From assembly GCA_023382875.1 (NCBI GenBank), contig JAHDXH010000002.1:69724-133723 (forward strand): a stretch of 64,000 nucleotides of DNA. The letters run 5' to 3'. The notes beneath the pieces were generated by a model. That model was not told the DNA's origin and did not search any database. It saw only the letters and a program-made list of their open reading frames with translations. This document shows positions 53,726-62,992 of this stretch, in pieces. The stretch is from Patescibacteria group bacterium (GTDB lineage: Bacteria > Patescibacteriota > Microgenomatia > UBA1400 > PJMF01). Positions within the stretch are counted from its first letter, which is position 1, and every line of letters starts with the position of its first letter. The translations under genes and the position numbers were made by a program.

Positions 53726-54598
53726 CTAGAGCGCGGTTGTGATAATTCCACAGACAGTGAGAATAATGCCTAAACCTTGAACTTTGTTAATTTTTTCGCT
53801 GGAAAAAACCATCGCTAAGCCGACAGTAACAATTGTGAGTGCTGAGGCAATTGGAGTGACGATAATGCCATCGCCATAAGCTTGGCCAAAGCTAGCACTT
53901 AGTACACCAATCGCTTCAAAAATACCAACTGCAGCGATCAAAGCCACAAGTTTTTTATTTGGTTTGCTGATGCTTAAAGATTGTTTTCTAAATTTGGCAA
54001 TTAAAAAAACAACGCCAATAGCGACGAGCTTAACCAAAAAACTGACCAAAATCCAATCGGTTTGTTCAACAATGAATTCATTAACTGGCCAGTAAAAAAT
54101 GCCAAAAATTACTGCAGCGATGAGAGTTTCTTTGACTCCAGTTAAAAGAGCTAGACTGCCTTTTTTCAAATCAATAAAGTTGACGCTGACTAGCAAAATG
54201 CCGAACAAAAGCAGAGCAATGGCGGGAACTTGCAATCTTGATAATTCTTGACCTCTAATGAAAAAAGAAATGGCGATCACAAATAAAACTTGAATATTGA
54301 TTGTCGCGGAGATAACAGAAACATTACCGATTTCAAAGCCTTTATAAAAAAATAAGTAGCCAACTGCATACATAATTCCACAAAAGACAGTCAGGGCCAA
54401 AAGTGGAGCGGAGATAGCGAAGCTACCAGAAACAAAAAACAAGAAAAAGCCCATTAAAAATAAGCCCGCTATTTGGGACCAAAAAAGGGTTTTGTTGTGA
54501 CCAACTTTTTCTGAAGCAGCATTGGCAAAGAAATCAGAAGTTCCCCAACCAACCATGCCGCCCAAGCCACTTAAAATGCTGAGTAAGGTTTTATCCAT
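53726..54598 (-). CDS. EamA/DMT family transporter
   Basis: About 10 TM in two repeats; WGTSDF, FYKGFEIGNVSV, EKINKVQGLGI. Confidence 0.87.
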   Translation of the reverse strand: MDKTLLSILSGLGGMVGWGTSDFFANAASEKVGHNKTLFWSQIAGLFLMGFFLFFVSGSFAISAPLLALTVFCGIMYAVGYLFFYKGFEIGNVSVISATINIQVLFVIAISFFIRGQELSRLQVPAIALLLFGILLVSVNFIDLKKGSLALLTGVKETLIAAVIFGIFYWPVNEFIVEQTDWILVSFLVKLVAIGVVFLIAKFRKQSLSISKPNKKLVALIAAVGIFEAIGVLSASFGQAYGDGIIVTPIASALTIVTVGLAMVFSSEKINKVQGLGIILTVCGIITTAL

Positions 54599-54659
54599 AT
54601 TTAAATCTAACTAAGTTAGTTTAACAGATGTTTAATCATGTTAAACTAGATTTATCATT

Positions 54660-55781
54660 ATGTTCAACGAAGCACTTCCACTACCACATCATGAGTCACC
54701 AAAATTACCAAAAGTGCCAGAGGGTCACGTGGAGCTAGAACAACTCAAAGAATTACTGGAAGAACATCGAGAGGAATTGGCGCAATTAGTGGAAAGATCT
54801 AATACTTCGCCATATTTACCACAAGGAGAAAGCGGTCTGGTTGGGGAAGTAAAATTTGTGGTGGATAAAAGATTGGGCAAACAGCAGCCAGTAAGAATTA
54901 TTTCGCTAACTTTTCCTAATGGCAGTACTGCTGAGGTAGTGATGAGACCAACTCAAAGACATTTTTCTGAGTATCAAGAAAAATATGAGGCAGTTAAAAA
55001 ATATTTTCCACAACTGCTTTTGAGTTTGCCTGCACCTGATGGCGATGAGGTTTTATTTTTAGAAAAAATTACAGGTTTGGAACAAAAAACTGATGAAGCT
55101 GGTTGGTATGAATATGTTGGCCATGGTGAAAATTTCAGAAAAACTAATAGTGACTTCTTTAGAATCATGGATGAGGTTTTGGAAGCTCCACTTATTTTGA
55201 ATGATATCCAACCGCAGGAAGGTCATAATGTTTTTTTGAATTCAAAAACTGGAGAAATACAACTTTTTGATGTAGATACTTTGCTTCCATCTGATGAAAG
55301 CCATGAGTGGAAATTTATTGTTTGTGTAGGAGGCATGATTAGCTCAAGTCCTTTTGAAGGTCAATCAAATTTTAAATTGGCTTTTCAATTTGAATTGCTA
55401 AGACAATATTTGGAGAAATACTCTGAAGCTGTTTTTGAAAAAGTAGAAGAACCTCGAACTTTGCGAAGATTGGTTTATCTTAATCCAGATGATGAAATTG
55501 AAAACCCCGATCAATACTTGCGAATTTTAAAGCCAACTGACGGTGACTATGGAAATGTTTTTCGTCAATATTCTGCTGGGGGCACCAGAATGTGGAAGGT
55601 AATGAATTTCGGCAAACCATTGCCAGTAATTGCTGAGCTGCAAATGTTTTCTCGTAAAAAAATGAGATTGCGATCAGACATTAGACAAGCTGTGGAAAAT
55701 GGAGACTTTGTTGGTTTTAGAAATTGCTTGCAAAAAAATATTCAAATCATTGAAGAAGTAGAAGAGAAGGTTGAGCGCTAA
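54660..55781 (+). CDS. Hypothetical protein, possible divergent protein-kinase-like fold
   Basis: FPQLL...VLFLEKITG and LNDIQPQEGHNVFL...IQLFDVD. Confidence 0.55.
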   Translation: MFNEALPLPHHESPKLPKVPEGHVELEQLKELLEEHREELAQLVERSNTSPYLPQGESGLVGEVKFVVDKRLGKQQPVRIISLTFPNGSTAEVVMRPTQRHFSEYQEKYEAVKKYFPQLLLSLPAPDGDEVLFLEKITGLEQKTDEAGWYEYVGHGENFRKTNSDFFRIMDEVLEAPLILNDIQPQEGHNVFLNSKTGEIQLFDVDTLLPSDESHEWKFIVCVGGMISSSPFEGQSNFKLAFQFELLRQYLEKYSEAVFEKVEEPRTLRRLVYLNPDDEIENPDQYLRILKPTDGDYGNVFRQYSAGGTRMWKVMNFGKPLPVIAELQMFSRKKMRLRSDIRQAVENGDFVGFRNCLQKNIQIIEEVEEKVER

Positions 55782-57431
55782 TTAAATTTTCTCTGCGTCT
55801 TTGGTATCGATCAGTTGTTGTGGTGTCATGAAGTAGAGATCGATCATTTTTTGCTTTTGTTCTTCGGTAAGATTTTGTAGTTTTTCTGTTCTGACCATGA
55901 TTTTGGTTTCGCGACCATCAAGTCTCTTGAGTCTTGTATATTCGCGGTCAAGTTTGGGTTTAATAGCTTCATGGAAGCCATTTTCAGAATCGGGATCGAA
56001 CAACACATAAGTTGGCGGATTATTCATGAGCATGGTTTGATAATTAGCTCTAATTTCTGGAGAACGCCACGCCCAAGGAAGATGGAAAAGTTCTTTTCCA
56101 GCAATCGGAACGTCGGCAATGATGTTGATATAGCCAGCGCCATCAGGTCCGGTTAGTAAGGTGTCAGTTGGTTCTTTGAGAACTTTAATAATGTCGGCGG
56201 TAGATTGGAAATCTCCGTAACCGATGAAGTGTTCTTCTAATTTATTTTTCTTTTCCAAAATCCACGGCGAAATTTGACCAATCAAAATTACAGGAATGAT
56301 GAAATAAATTAACATCAGCCAAGTTTTTTTGGATTTCGACCATGACCAAAGTAAGAATTGAGCAATCAACATTCCCCACGCAGCAATGAATGGGTAAAGG
56401 TGAAAGCCGGTATAGAACATGGTGGGAAAGACGAAGACACGATTGTTGAGACTTAAAACTAAGATAAAAAGTAAAAGCCATTTTGACCAGTCACTCAATT
56501 TGCTTTTGTTTGATTTGAGAGCAAAAATTACGCCCAAAACAATTAAAACATTTTGCCAAATAAAGAATTTACCCAAGCTGGTTTCAGCATGAAGGAAGGC
56601 TTGGAAAGGGTAAGTATAAGCAGTGAAGCTGTCTTGCCAAGTTTTGGCACCATGAATATCGACCACATATTTCATGACATTGCGGATACTTTCTTTGTAC
56701 CAGCCAATGGGAGAAACAATAATAAAGACGAATGATAATAAAATAATGTAAGTAGAAGCTAGAGAAATCTTTTGTTCTTTGTCTGAATACCAGGCATAAG
56801 CTAATCCAGAAATAAAAACATATGGCCAAAGCGGTGAGAGTGACATAGTGATCCAAGCTGAAGCTAGGGCAAAAAGTGCTGGATCGACCCAGGATAATTT
56901 CTTTTTTAACCCCAAGTGGTCATCGCTTTTTTGTTTAAAGATTTTTTCAATCAAAAGCCCAAGACTAAGGGCTAGGGCGGGAGCGGCTAAAGTTTCGCCT
57001 AATAAATACCAACCAAAGAATAGGTAAGAGGTACTTGCCAAAATCGCTGAGACAAATAGTCCTCGCCATCTAAATCTCCACGTCAAAACAAAAAGCCAGC
57101 TGGCCATCAAAATAAATAAAGCGACTCTAATTCTCTCTACCAATAAAAATAGAGTGTTGTAAGGAATGAGTTTGGTAATGAGGGCGCCAAGTAAAAATGG
57201 CAAGGGCTGATGATTGACTGACAGATCAGTATAGAGACCTTTATTGTATTTCCACATCATCCAGCCATTGGTGAGATGGTCGGTTTCGTCTTGGAAGTAC
57301 CACGACTGACTATGTTTCTTGAGTCCATAAAAAGTCACCGCCAAAATAACTGCCAAAACAGCGAGGGGTAAAAAATAGCTAATGATTTGGCGTAGTGAAA
57401 ACTTGCCAAATAAAATTGGACGGTCAAACAT
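55782..57431 (-). CDS. Polytopic membrane protein, likely GT-C (ArnT/PMT-like) glycosyltransferase
   Basis: FQDE acidic motif after TM1, LYTDLSVNHQPLP, many TMs, soluble C-terminal domain. Confidence 0.7.
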   Translation of the reverse strand: MFDRPILFGKFSLRQIISYFLPLAVLAVILAVTFYGLKKHSQSWYFQDETDHLTNGWMMWKYNKGLYTDLSVNHQPLPFLLGALITKLIPYNTLFLLVERIRVALFILMASWLFVLTWRFRWRGLFVSAILASTSYLFFGWYLLGETLAAPALALSLGLLIEKIFKQKSDDHLGLKKKLSWVDPALFALASAWITMSLSPLWPYVFISGLAYAWYSDKEQKISLASTYIILLSFVFIIVSPIGWYKESIRNVMKYVVDIHGAKTWQDSFTAYTYPFQAFLHAETSLGKFFIWQNVLIVLGVIFALKSNKSKLSDWSKWLLLFILVLSLNNRVFVFPTMFYTGFHLYPFIAAWGMLIAQFLLWSWSKSKKTWLMLIYFIIPVILIGQISPWILEKKNKLEEHFIGYGDFQSTADIIKVLKEPTDTLLTGPDGAGYINIIADVPIAGKELFHLPWAWRSPEIRANYQTMLMNNPPTYVLFDPDSENGFHEAIKPKLDREYTRLKRLDGRETKIMVRTEKLQNLTEEQKQKMIDLYFMTPQQLIDTKDAEKI

Positions 57432-57839
57432 TTATCGAGTTGTCTGTAGTTTGTAATGTTCTTTTTTCATGCACTCATCCATGATTACAATCATGCCTGC
57501 TTGCTCGGCTTTGGCTTTTGCTTCTGGTGCAATCACGCCTTCCTGAAGCCAGAGGATGGGTTTGATGTTGAGACTTAAAATTTCATCAACAATTTCCATG
57601 ACGGCTTCTGGTTGACGAAAAACATCAATAATGTCAATTTCTTCTGGGTTGGGAATTTGGGAAAGGCTGGCAAAAGCGGTAAGACCAAAAACTTCTTTGA
57701 TCATGGGATTAACGGGGATAATTTCAAAACCATTTTCCATTAAGTATTTGGATACACCGTGACTGGGTCGAATCGGATTATCAGAAAGACCAATGACGGC
57801 AATTCTTTTGGGAGGGTTCAAAATTTCGGCTTTCGTCAT
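57432..57839 (-). CDS. CoA-binding protein (YccU-like)
   Basis: IAVIGLSDNPIRPS, IIPVNP, IDVFR, WLQEGV, MDECMKKEH. Confidence 0.92.
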   Translation of the reverse strand: MTKAEILNPPKRIAVIGLSDNPIRPSHGVSKYLMENGFEIIPVNPMIKEVFGLTAFASLSQIPNPEEIDIIDVFRQPEAVMEIVDEILSLNIKPILWLQEGVIAPEAKAKAEQAGMIVIMDECMKKEHYKLQTTR

Positions 57840-57950
57840 GCTGACATTTAAGCAAAAAAGCGAGGTAAGGGCAACCAGACAATAGAAGTTCAATTTTTCG
57901 AGGAGTAAAATAGCAATTTGTTGATGGATATTCTTTGAAGAATGATTAAA

Positions 57951-58023
57951 CGGAGTATAGCGCAGATGGTAGCGCGCAGCGTTCGGGACGCTGAGGCCAT
58001 CGGTTCGAGTCCGATTACTCCGA
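57951..58023 (+). tRNA. tRNA-Pro (CGG), CCA not encoded
   Basis: CGGAGTA/TACTCCG, CAGCG-TTCGGGA-CGCTG, GGTTCGAGTCC. Confidence 0.95.
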
Positions 58024-58078
58024 CAAAATTTGCCAAACTTTTTTTTATTTTAAAGCTTGGTATAATCTAATTCATCTT

Positions 58079-58150
58079 GCGGGTGTAGCTCAACGGTCAG
58101 AGCTCCAGTTTTCCAAACTGGTGACGAGGGTTCGACTCCCTTCACCCGCT
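58079..58150 (+). tRNA. tRNA-Gly (TCC)
   Basis: GCGGGTG/CACCCGC, CCAGT-TTTCCAA-ACTGG, GGTTCGACTCC; TGgTATAAT upstream. Confidence 0.95.
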
Positions 58151-58201
58151 CCCAAACTGATCGATTTGCGCAATATTTCCAACAATTTAAAATGAAATTA
58201 T

Positions 58202-58855
58202 ATGTTGGCCAATCAGCTTCAATTAAATAAAGAGTTTGATCGACAAGTTGAAAATCTCCTTCAAAAGGGTTATCCAGGTTTGGCAAGTCTTAATAATGAT
58301 GATTTTTTGAACATAGTTAAGCCTTTAAAAAAAAGTTTGGAAAATTTAACGTTCGTGCTTCCTCAAATCGATTTAGATAAAGGTACTTTACCTTTTGTTA
58401 TCGTTATTAAAAGTGATTTAATTCCTTCGGAAAATATGATGGAATTAGTCGAAAAAAATGGAAGAAATGGTGTAACTATTTTGCGACCTCATTCCTCCAT
58501 AAATTTCAAAACAATTGATGAGGTAGGTTTGCCTAACAGCAATGCTTACTTACTTATAGATATTGATCGAGGTCAGGAAAATATTAATTTGCCACCCAGC
58601 GAAGCAATGAAGCTGATAAAAAATGCCTCTAGATCGCCACTGACTGTCGATGAGGGAATTGCAATTGTGACGCAATTTCCTGATTTTTTGATTAAGAACA
58701 ACTGTTTTTCTTTATTGGCTTCTAGAACTGGCAGCGACCAGCGAGTTCCGGCTATTTGGATTAATGCGAAAAAAGAACCTAACCTCGGTTGGTGTTGGGA
58801 TGGCAATCCTCATACTTGGTTGGGTTCTGCGTCTTGTAAACAAAGACTGGGTTAA
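58202..58855 (+). CDS. DUF5701-like hypothetical protein
   Basis: EFDRQVENL..KGYP, RSPLTVDEGIA, DQRVPAIWI, LGWCWDGNPHTWLGSASC. Confidence 0.75.
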   Translation: MLANQLQLNKEFDRQVENLLQKGYPGLASLNNDDFLNIVKPLKKSLENLTFVLPQIDLDKGTLPFVIVIKSDLIPSENMMELVEKNGRNGVTILRPHSSINFKTIDEVGLPNSNAYLLIDIDRGQENINLPPSEAMKLIKNASRSPLTVDEGIAIVTQFPDFLIKNNCFSLLASRTGSDQRVPAIWINAKKEPNLGWCWDGNPHTWLGSASCKQRLG

Positions 58856-59166
58856 AAAACAAATTCAACTAATTTCGACACCACATCCACAGCTAGCTCG
58901 GTCCAAACTAATAAAAACAAAGCCACAATTCCTAAAATAAGCATTAGTCTATGAAAAGGATTGGCAAATTTTCTAATTGTTAGATCAATTCCTATGCCAG
59001 CGACAAATAATAATGTTCCCATGATGACAAAATCCATCACACCCCAGTTCCAACTATCGACGGTAAAGTTGCCAAGAAATGCAGCTAATAAAAGAATACT
59101 GACGACTTTACCAACTTTGAACACACTATTTTTTAGTTGATTTGATCCAGCTTTTTTTGTTTTCAT
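58852..59166 (-). CDS. Hypothetical 3-TM membrane protein
   Basis: WNWGVMDFVIMGTLL...VWTELAV. Confidence 0.7.
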   Translation of the reverse strand: MKTKKAGSNQLKNSVFKVGKVVSILLLAAFLGNFTVDSWNWGVMDFVIMGTLLFVAGIGIDLTIRKFANPFHRLMLILGIVALFLLVWTELAVDVVSKLVEFVF

Positions 59167-59220
59167 ATTTAGATTTTAGTATAGCAAATCTTTGTGTAAA
59201 ATAGCCTTATACAAAAAAAT

Positions 59221-59583
59221 ATGAAAACCGAAATTCAATCTGTCGATCAATATATTGGCTCTTTTCCAGAAGAAATCCAAAAAAGGCTGGAGCAAGTGAG
59301 GGCTATCATTAAGTCTGTCGCCCCATTGGCCAAAGAAGCGATTAGTTATGGAATACCTGGTTACAAGTTTCATGGACAACTAATTTACTTTTCTGGTTTC
59401 AAAAGTCATATTGGCCTTTATCCTATGTCTGATCAAATGGTAGAAGCTATTCCTGAGGTGGCTCAGTTTAGAACTTCCAAGGGGACAGCACAGTTCAAGC
59501 ACGATCAGCCACTCCCACTCGAGCTAGTCAAAAAGATTGTCAAATTCCGTTTGGAGGAAAATTTAGCCAAGGCTAAGAGCTAG
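59221..59583 (+). CDS. DUF1801 (YdhG-like) protein
   Basis: VDQYI, EAISYGIP, HIGLYP, SKGTAQF, PLPLELVKKIV. Confidence 0.88.
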   Translation: MKTEIQSVDQYIGSFPEEIQKRLEQVRAIIKSVAPLAKEAISYGIPGYKFHGQLIYFSGFKSHIGLYPMSDQMVEAIPEVAQFRTSKGTAQFKHDQPLPLELVKKIVKFRLEENLAKAKS

Positions 59584-59659
59584 TCTTATTTAGCTCGAGG
59601 TTGTAAAATTGCCCCTGCTAGATAGCAACCGACTTTGACGAAGACGTCAGAGACAATTG

Positions 59660-59735
59660 GCCAGAGTAACTCAGTTGGTAGAGTAGCGGTATCGTAAACC
59701 GCAAGTCGCGGGTTCGATCCCCGCCTCTGGCTCCA
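59660..59735 (+). tRNA. tRNA-Thr (CGT), CCA encoded
   Basis: GCCAGAG/CTCTGGC, GCGGT-ATCGTAA-ACCGC, GGTTCGATCCC. Confidence 0.94.
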
Positions 59736-59796
59736 GATTAAAATAAGCCTTTTTCTTCCGCCAACTTTGGCATTCATCTGTTAGAATCAAGCTACT

Positions 59797-60348
59797 ATGT
59801 ACAACTTCTCAGACGTTACTCAAAAATTCGAAAAAACTATTGCCCATCTCCAACAAGAGCTTGGTAGCTTGAGGACAGGCAAGGCTACACCCTCACTCTT
59901 GGACTCAGTTTTGGTCGATGCTTATGGCACTAAAATGCGGGTCAATGAATTGGCTAATGTTTCGGCACCAGATCCAAATATGTTGATTGTTTCTCCATGG
60001 GACAAGTCTCTTTTGGAAACACTGGAAAAATCTATTGCTTCAGCTTCTTTAAACCTTAATCCAATTGTTGATGGCGATATGATTAGAATTGTCGTCCCAG
60101 CTTTGACCGAAGAGAGACGCAAAGAAATGGTTAAAGTTTTACATCAAAAAATCGAAGGTGGAAAAGTCATGCTTCGCAATATTCGCACTGATGCTAAAAA
60201 AGAAATTGAAGATCAAGATGGATCAGAGGGTGTGAGTGAAGACGATATTAAAGCTGAAATCGAAGAGCTCGATAAAATGGTTAAAGAATACATGGTGAAA
60301 CTTGATGAGCTCGCTAAGAAAAAAGAAACAGACCTCATGACGGTCTAA
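59797..60348 (+). CDS. frr: Ribosome recycling factor
   Basis: LRTGKATP, VSPWDKS, PALTEERRKE, LRNIR. Confidence 0.97.
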   Translation: MYNFSDVTQKFEKTIAHLQQELGSLRTGKATPSLLDSVLVDAYGTKMRVNELANVSAPDPNMLIVSPWDKSLLETLEKSIASASLNLNPIVDGDMIRIVVPALTEERRKEMVKVLHQKIEGGKVMLRNIRTDAKKEIEDQDGSEGVSEDDIKAEIEELDKMVKEYMVKLDELAKKKETDLMTV

Positions 60349-60358
60349 AATCTAAAGT

Positions 60359-61498
60359 ATGCCGCTAATTTTGCAAATTATTATCTTTGTTTTGGTGTTG
60401 TCCTTTTTGGTGATTATTCACGAATTGGGTCATCTTTTTGCGGCCAAATGGGCCAAGATTAAAGTTGAAGAATTTGGCGTTGGTTATCCACCACGAGCAT
60501 TTAAGCTTTTTTCTTGGGGCAAAATTATCTTTTCCCTCAACTGGATTCCAGTTGGCGGTTTTGTCAAAATGCTAGGTGAAGAAGGACCAGAGGATGAAGC
60601 TAATCAAAAAGGTGAAGATGAAGATGGTTTGGCACCATTTTATAAAAGATCTAGGAAAAAAAGATTGGTAGTGATTTTAGCCGGTGTGGCTGTTAATTTA
60701 CTCTTTGGACTTCTCGCTTTTGCTTTAATTTTCTTTATTAAAGGTATTCCGACTCCGATTGAAGGCGCTCGCATTGGCTTGATTGCTCCCAATTCACCTG
60801 CGGCAAATGCTGGCATGATTGTGGAGAGTCAAATTACACAGTTGGCTTTCAAAGAAGAAACCAAAGAGGTAAAAACAGCTCGAGATGCAAGTGAGTTCAT
60901 TAATGCCCACAAAGGTAATGAAGTGGTTGTTACCACCACTTTGGCTTGTGAGAGCACTAAATGTCCAAGTGAAACAAAGCAATTTGTAGTTAAGTTAAGA
61001 ACCGATGAAGAAATTCCTCAAGGTGAAGGTTCGTTGGGCATTGGTTTCACTGACTTTGTTTATGTTCATTACCCATGGTATGAAATGCCATTTAGAAGTA
61101 TGTGGTTTGGTGTCAATCAAGCTTTGTTTATGGTGTTGATGATCGTGATGGCCTTGGTGACCATGGTGGGTCAACTCTTTAGTGGAGTAGTTCCCCAGGA
61201 TGTGGCTGGGCCAATTGGTATCATTGATCAGGCGGCTAGCAGCGGTTTGTTTTCTGAAGGATTTTTGGCAATTTTAAATTTTGCTGCCATGATTTCTATT
61301 AATTTAGCAGTTATGAATCTCTTACCAATTCCTGCGCTTGATGGGGGCAGAGCCTTGTTCATTTTCCTGGAAAAATTTTTGGGCAAAAAGAAAGTCAATA
61401 AAATTGAGGGTTATGCAAATTATGGTGGAATGATTCTCTTGCTTCTCTTAATTGTCCTTATTACAATTGCCGATGTCACGAAAATTATTCGCCGCTAA
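60359..61498 (+). CDS. rseP: RseP-like M50 intramembrane metalloprotease with a PDZ domain
   Basis: HELGH, GGFVKM, NSPAANAG, NLLPIPALDGG. Confidence 0.93.
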   Translation: MPLILQIIIFVLVLSFLVIIHELGHLFAAKWAKIKVEEFGVGYPPRAFKLFSWGKIIFSLNWIPVGGFVKMLGEEGPEDEANQKGEDEDGLAPFYKRSRKKRLVVILAGVAVNLLFGLLAFALIFFIKGIPTPIEGARIGLIAPNSPAANAGMIVESQITQLAFKEETKEVKTARDASEFINAHKGNEVVVTTTLACESTKCPSETKQFVVKLRTDEEIPQGEGSLGIGFTDFVYVHYPWYEMPFRSMWFGVNQALFMVLMIVMALVTMVGQLFSGVVPQDVAGPIGIIDQAASSGLFSEGFLAILNFAAMISINLAVMNLLPIPALDGGRALFIFLEKFLGKKKVNKIEGYANYGGMILLLLLIVLITIADVTKIIRR

Positions 61499-61752
61499 TG
61501 TCTATTAAAAGAACGCGCAAGCAAAAACAACAAGCTGAAATGCGTCATGAGTCAGTTTTAACTTACTCTTTGAAAGACATCGGAGATGGTCAAAAAACGA
61601 AGGAAGTTGTTTTACAAAAGCAAAAAGCAGAAGCTCAGCAACTCAAAGAAATCTTTGATCCATCATTTATTAAAAAGGATTTACTCAAAACTTTCTTAGT
61701 GACGGCGCTGGTGTCAGGAGTTTTGATCGCGTATACTTTCTATCAGCGTTAA
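61498..61752 (+). CDS. Small hypothetical protein with a C-terminal TM
   Basis: Basic N-terminus, IKKDLLKT followed by a TM; coupled to rseP. Confidence 0.65.
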   Translation: MSIKRTRKQKQQAEMRHESVLTYSLKDIGDGQKTKEVVLQKQKAEAQQLKEIFDPSFIKKDLLKTFLVTALVSGVLIAYTFYQR

Positions 61753-61763
61753 ATTTTTAAATT

Positions 61764-62960
61764 ATGCAAAAGAAAAGTCTCATCTTATTCGCAATTTTAT
61801 ATTTGGTTTCAGCTGTTGGTTCTTACGCTGGTTTCAAAGCTGTTTTTAAAGATGGGACTACTGGCCCTGTTGGCGGACAACAAGAGCAAACCGGTGACGG
61901 CGAAACACTTTTGTCACAACTTTTAACAATCGATCCTTCCGAACCAAAAGATCAAGTCTGTCCATTGAACGGTAAGTTTTACACCAATACAGAAAAAATG
62001 GCTTGGGAAAAGAAACGTCCTTTGGCTGTCATGATCGAAAATACCCCAGACTCCAGACCACAATCTGGTATGTCACAAGCTGATGTAGTTTTTGAAGCTA
62101 TCGCTGAGGGTGGTGTAACTCGTTTTATGGGCTTGTTCTATTGTGACGTTCAAAGAAACGACACTACTTTAGCTCCAATTCGTTCCGCTAGAACTTACTT
62201 CATTGATTATGCATCTGGCTTCAACTTGCCACTTTATGTTCACGTTGGTGGTGCTAACGTCCCTGGACCAACCGATGCCCTTGGCCAGCTTGGTGATTAT
62301 GGTTGGAATGGTCAAAATGACCTCAACCAGTTCTCAATTGGTTATCCAACTTTCGTTCGTGACTACAATCGTATTCCTGGTAAAGAAATTGCCACTGAGC
62401 ACACCATGGTGACTTCCACTGAAAAATTATGGGAAGTTGGTACTGAAAGAGGTTGGACAAATATGTCTCCAGACCGCAAAGTTGGTAAAAACGTTGTCGC
62501 TGGTACTGATTGGAAAGCTGGATTCACTGGTTGGAAATTTGAAGATAAGCCAGGTGAAACAGGCACAGTTAACAAAATTTCATTTGAATTCTGGACAGGT
62601 TATTCTGACTATGGTGTCAGTTGGGACTTTGACCCAGCTACCAAAACCTACTTAAGAACTCACGGTGGCGAAAAGCATCTTGATATGAACAATGATAAGC
62701 AAGTTGCTGCCTCTAATGTGATTGTGCTTTTGACTACTGAAAAAGGACCAATCAACGAAAAGAAACACATGCTTTATACCACCACTGGTACAGGCGATGC
62801 TTTGCTCTTCAAAAATGGTCAAGCTATGGAAGTTACTTGGTCAAAAAAGACTAGAACTGATGAGCTTCAATTCAAAGACAGTAAAGGTAAAGACATTGAA
62901 TTAGCTCGTGGTTTAACCTGGATCAGCATTGTCAGTGACGACACCAAAGTTAACTATTGA
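61764..62960 (+). CDS. DUF3048 (YerB-like) exported protein
   Basis: RPLAVMIEN, RPQSG..ADVVFE..AEGGVTRF, PIRSARTY, HVGG. Confidence 0.9.
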   Translation: MQKKSLILFAILYLVSAVGSYAGFKAVFKDGTTGPVGGQQEQTGDGETLLSQLLTIDPSEPKDQVCPLNGKFYTNTEKMAWEKKRPLAVMIENTPDSRPQSGMSQADVVFEAIAEGGVTRFMGLFYCDVQRNDTTLAPIRSARTYFIDYASGFNLPLYVHVGGANVPGPTDALGQLGDYGWNGQNDLNQFSIGYPTFVRDYNRIPGKEIATEHTMVTSTEKLWEVGTERGWTNMSPDRKVGKNVVAGTDWKAGFTGWKFEDKPGETGTVNKISFEFWTGYSDYGVSWDFDPATKTYLRTHGGEKHLDMNNDKQVAASNVIVLLTTEKGPINEKKHMLYTTTGTGDALLFKNGQAMEVTWSKKTRTDELQFKDSKGKDIELARGLTWISIVSDDTKVNY

Positions 62961-62992
62961 GCAAATTTGGTATTCAAATTAGAATCAGGTCA

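Noticed and set aside
51925-59777. ORFs 51925-52137, 58050-58286 and 59586-59777, and the N-terminal extension of 50745-51821
   Set aside because: They are antisense readings of tRNA genes.
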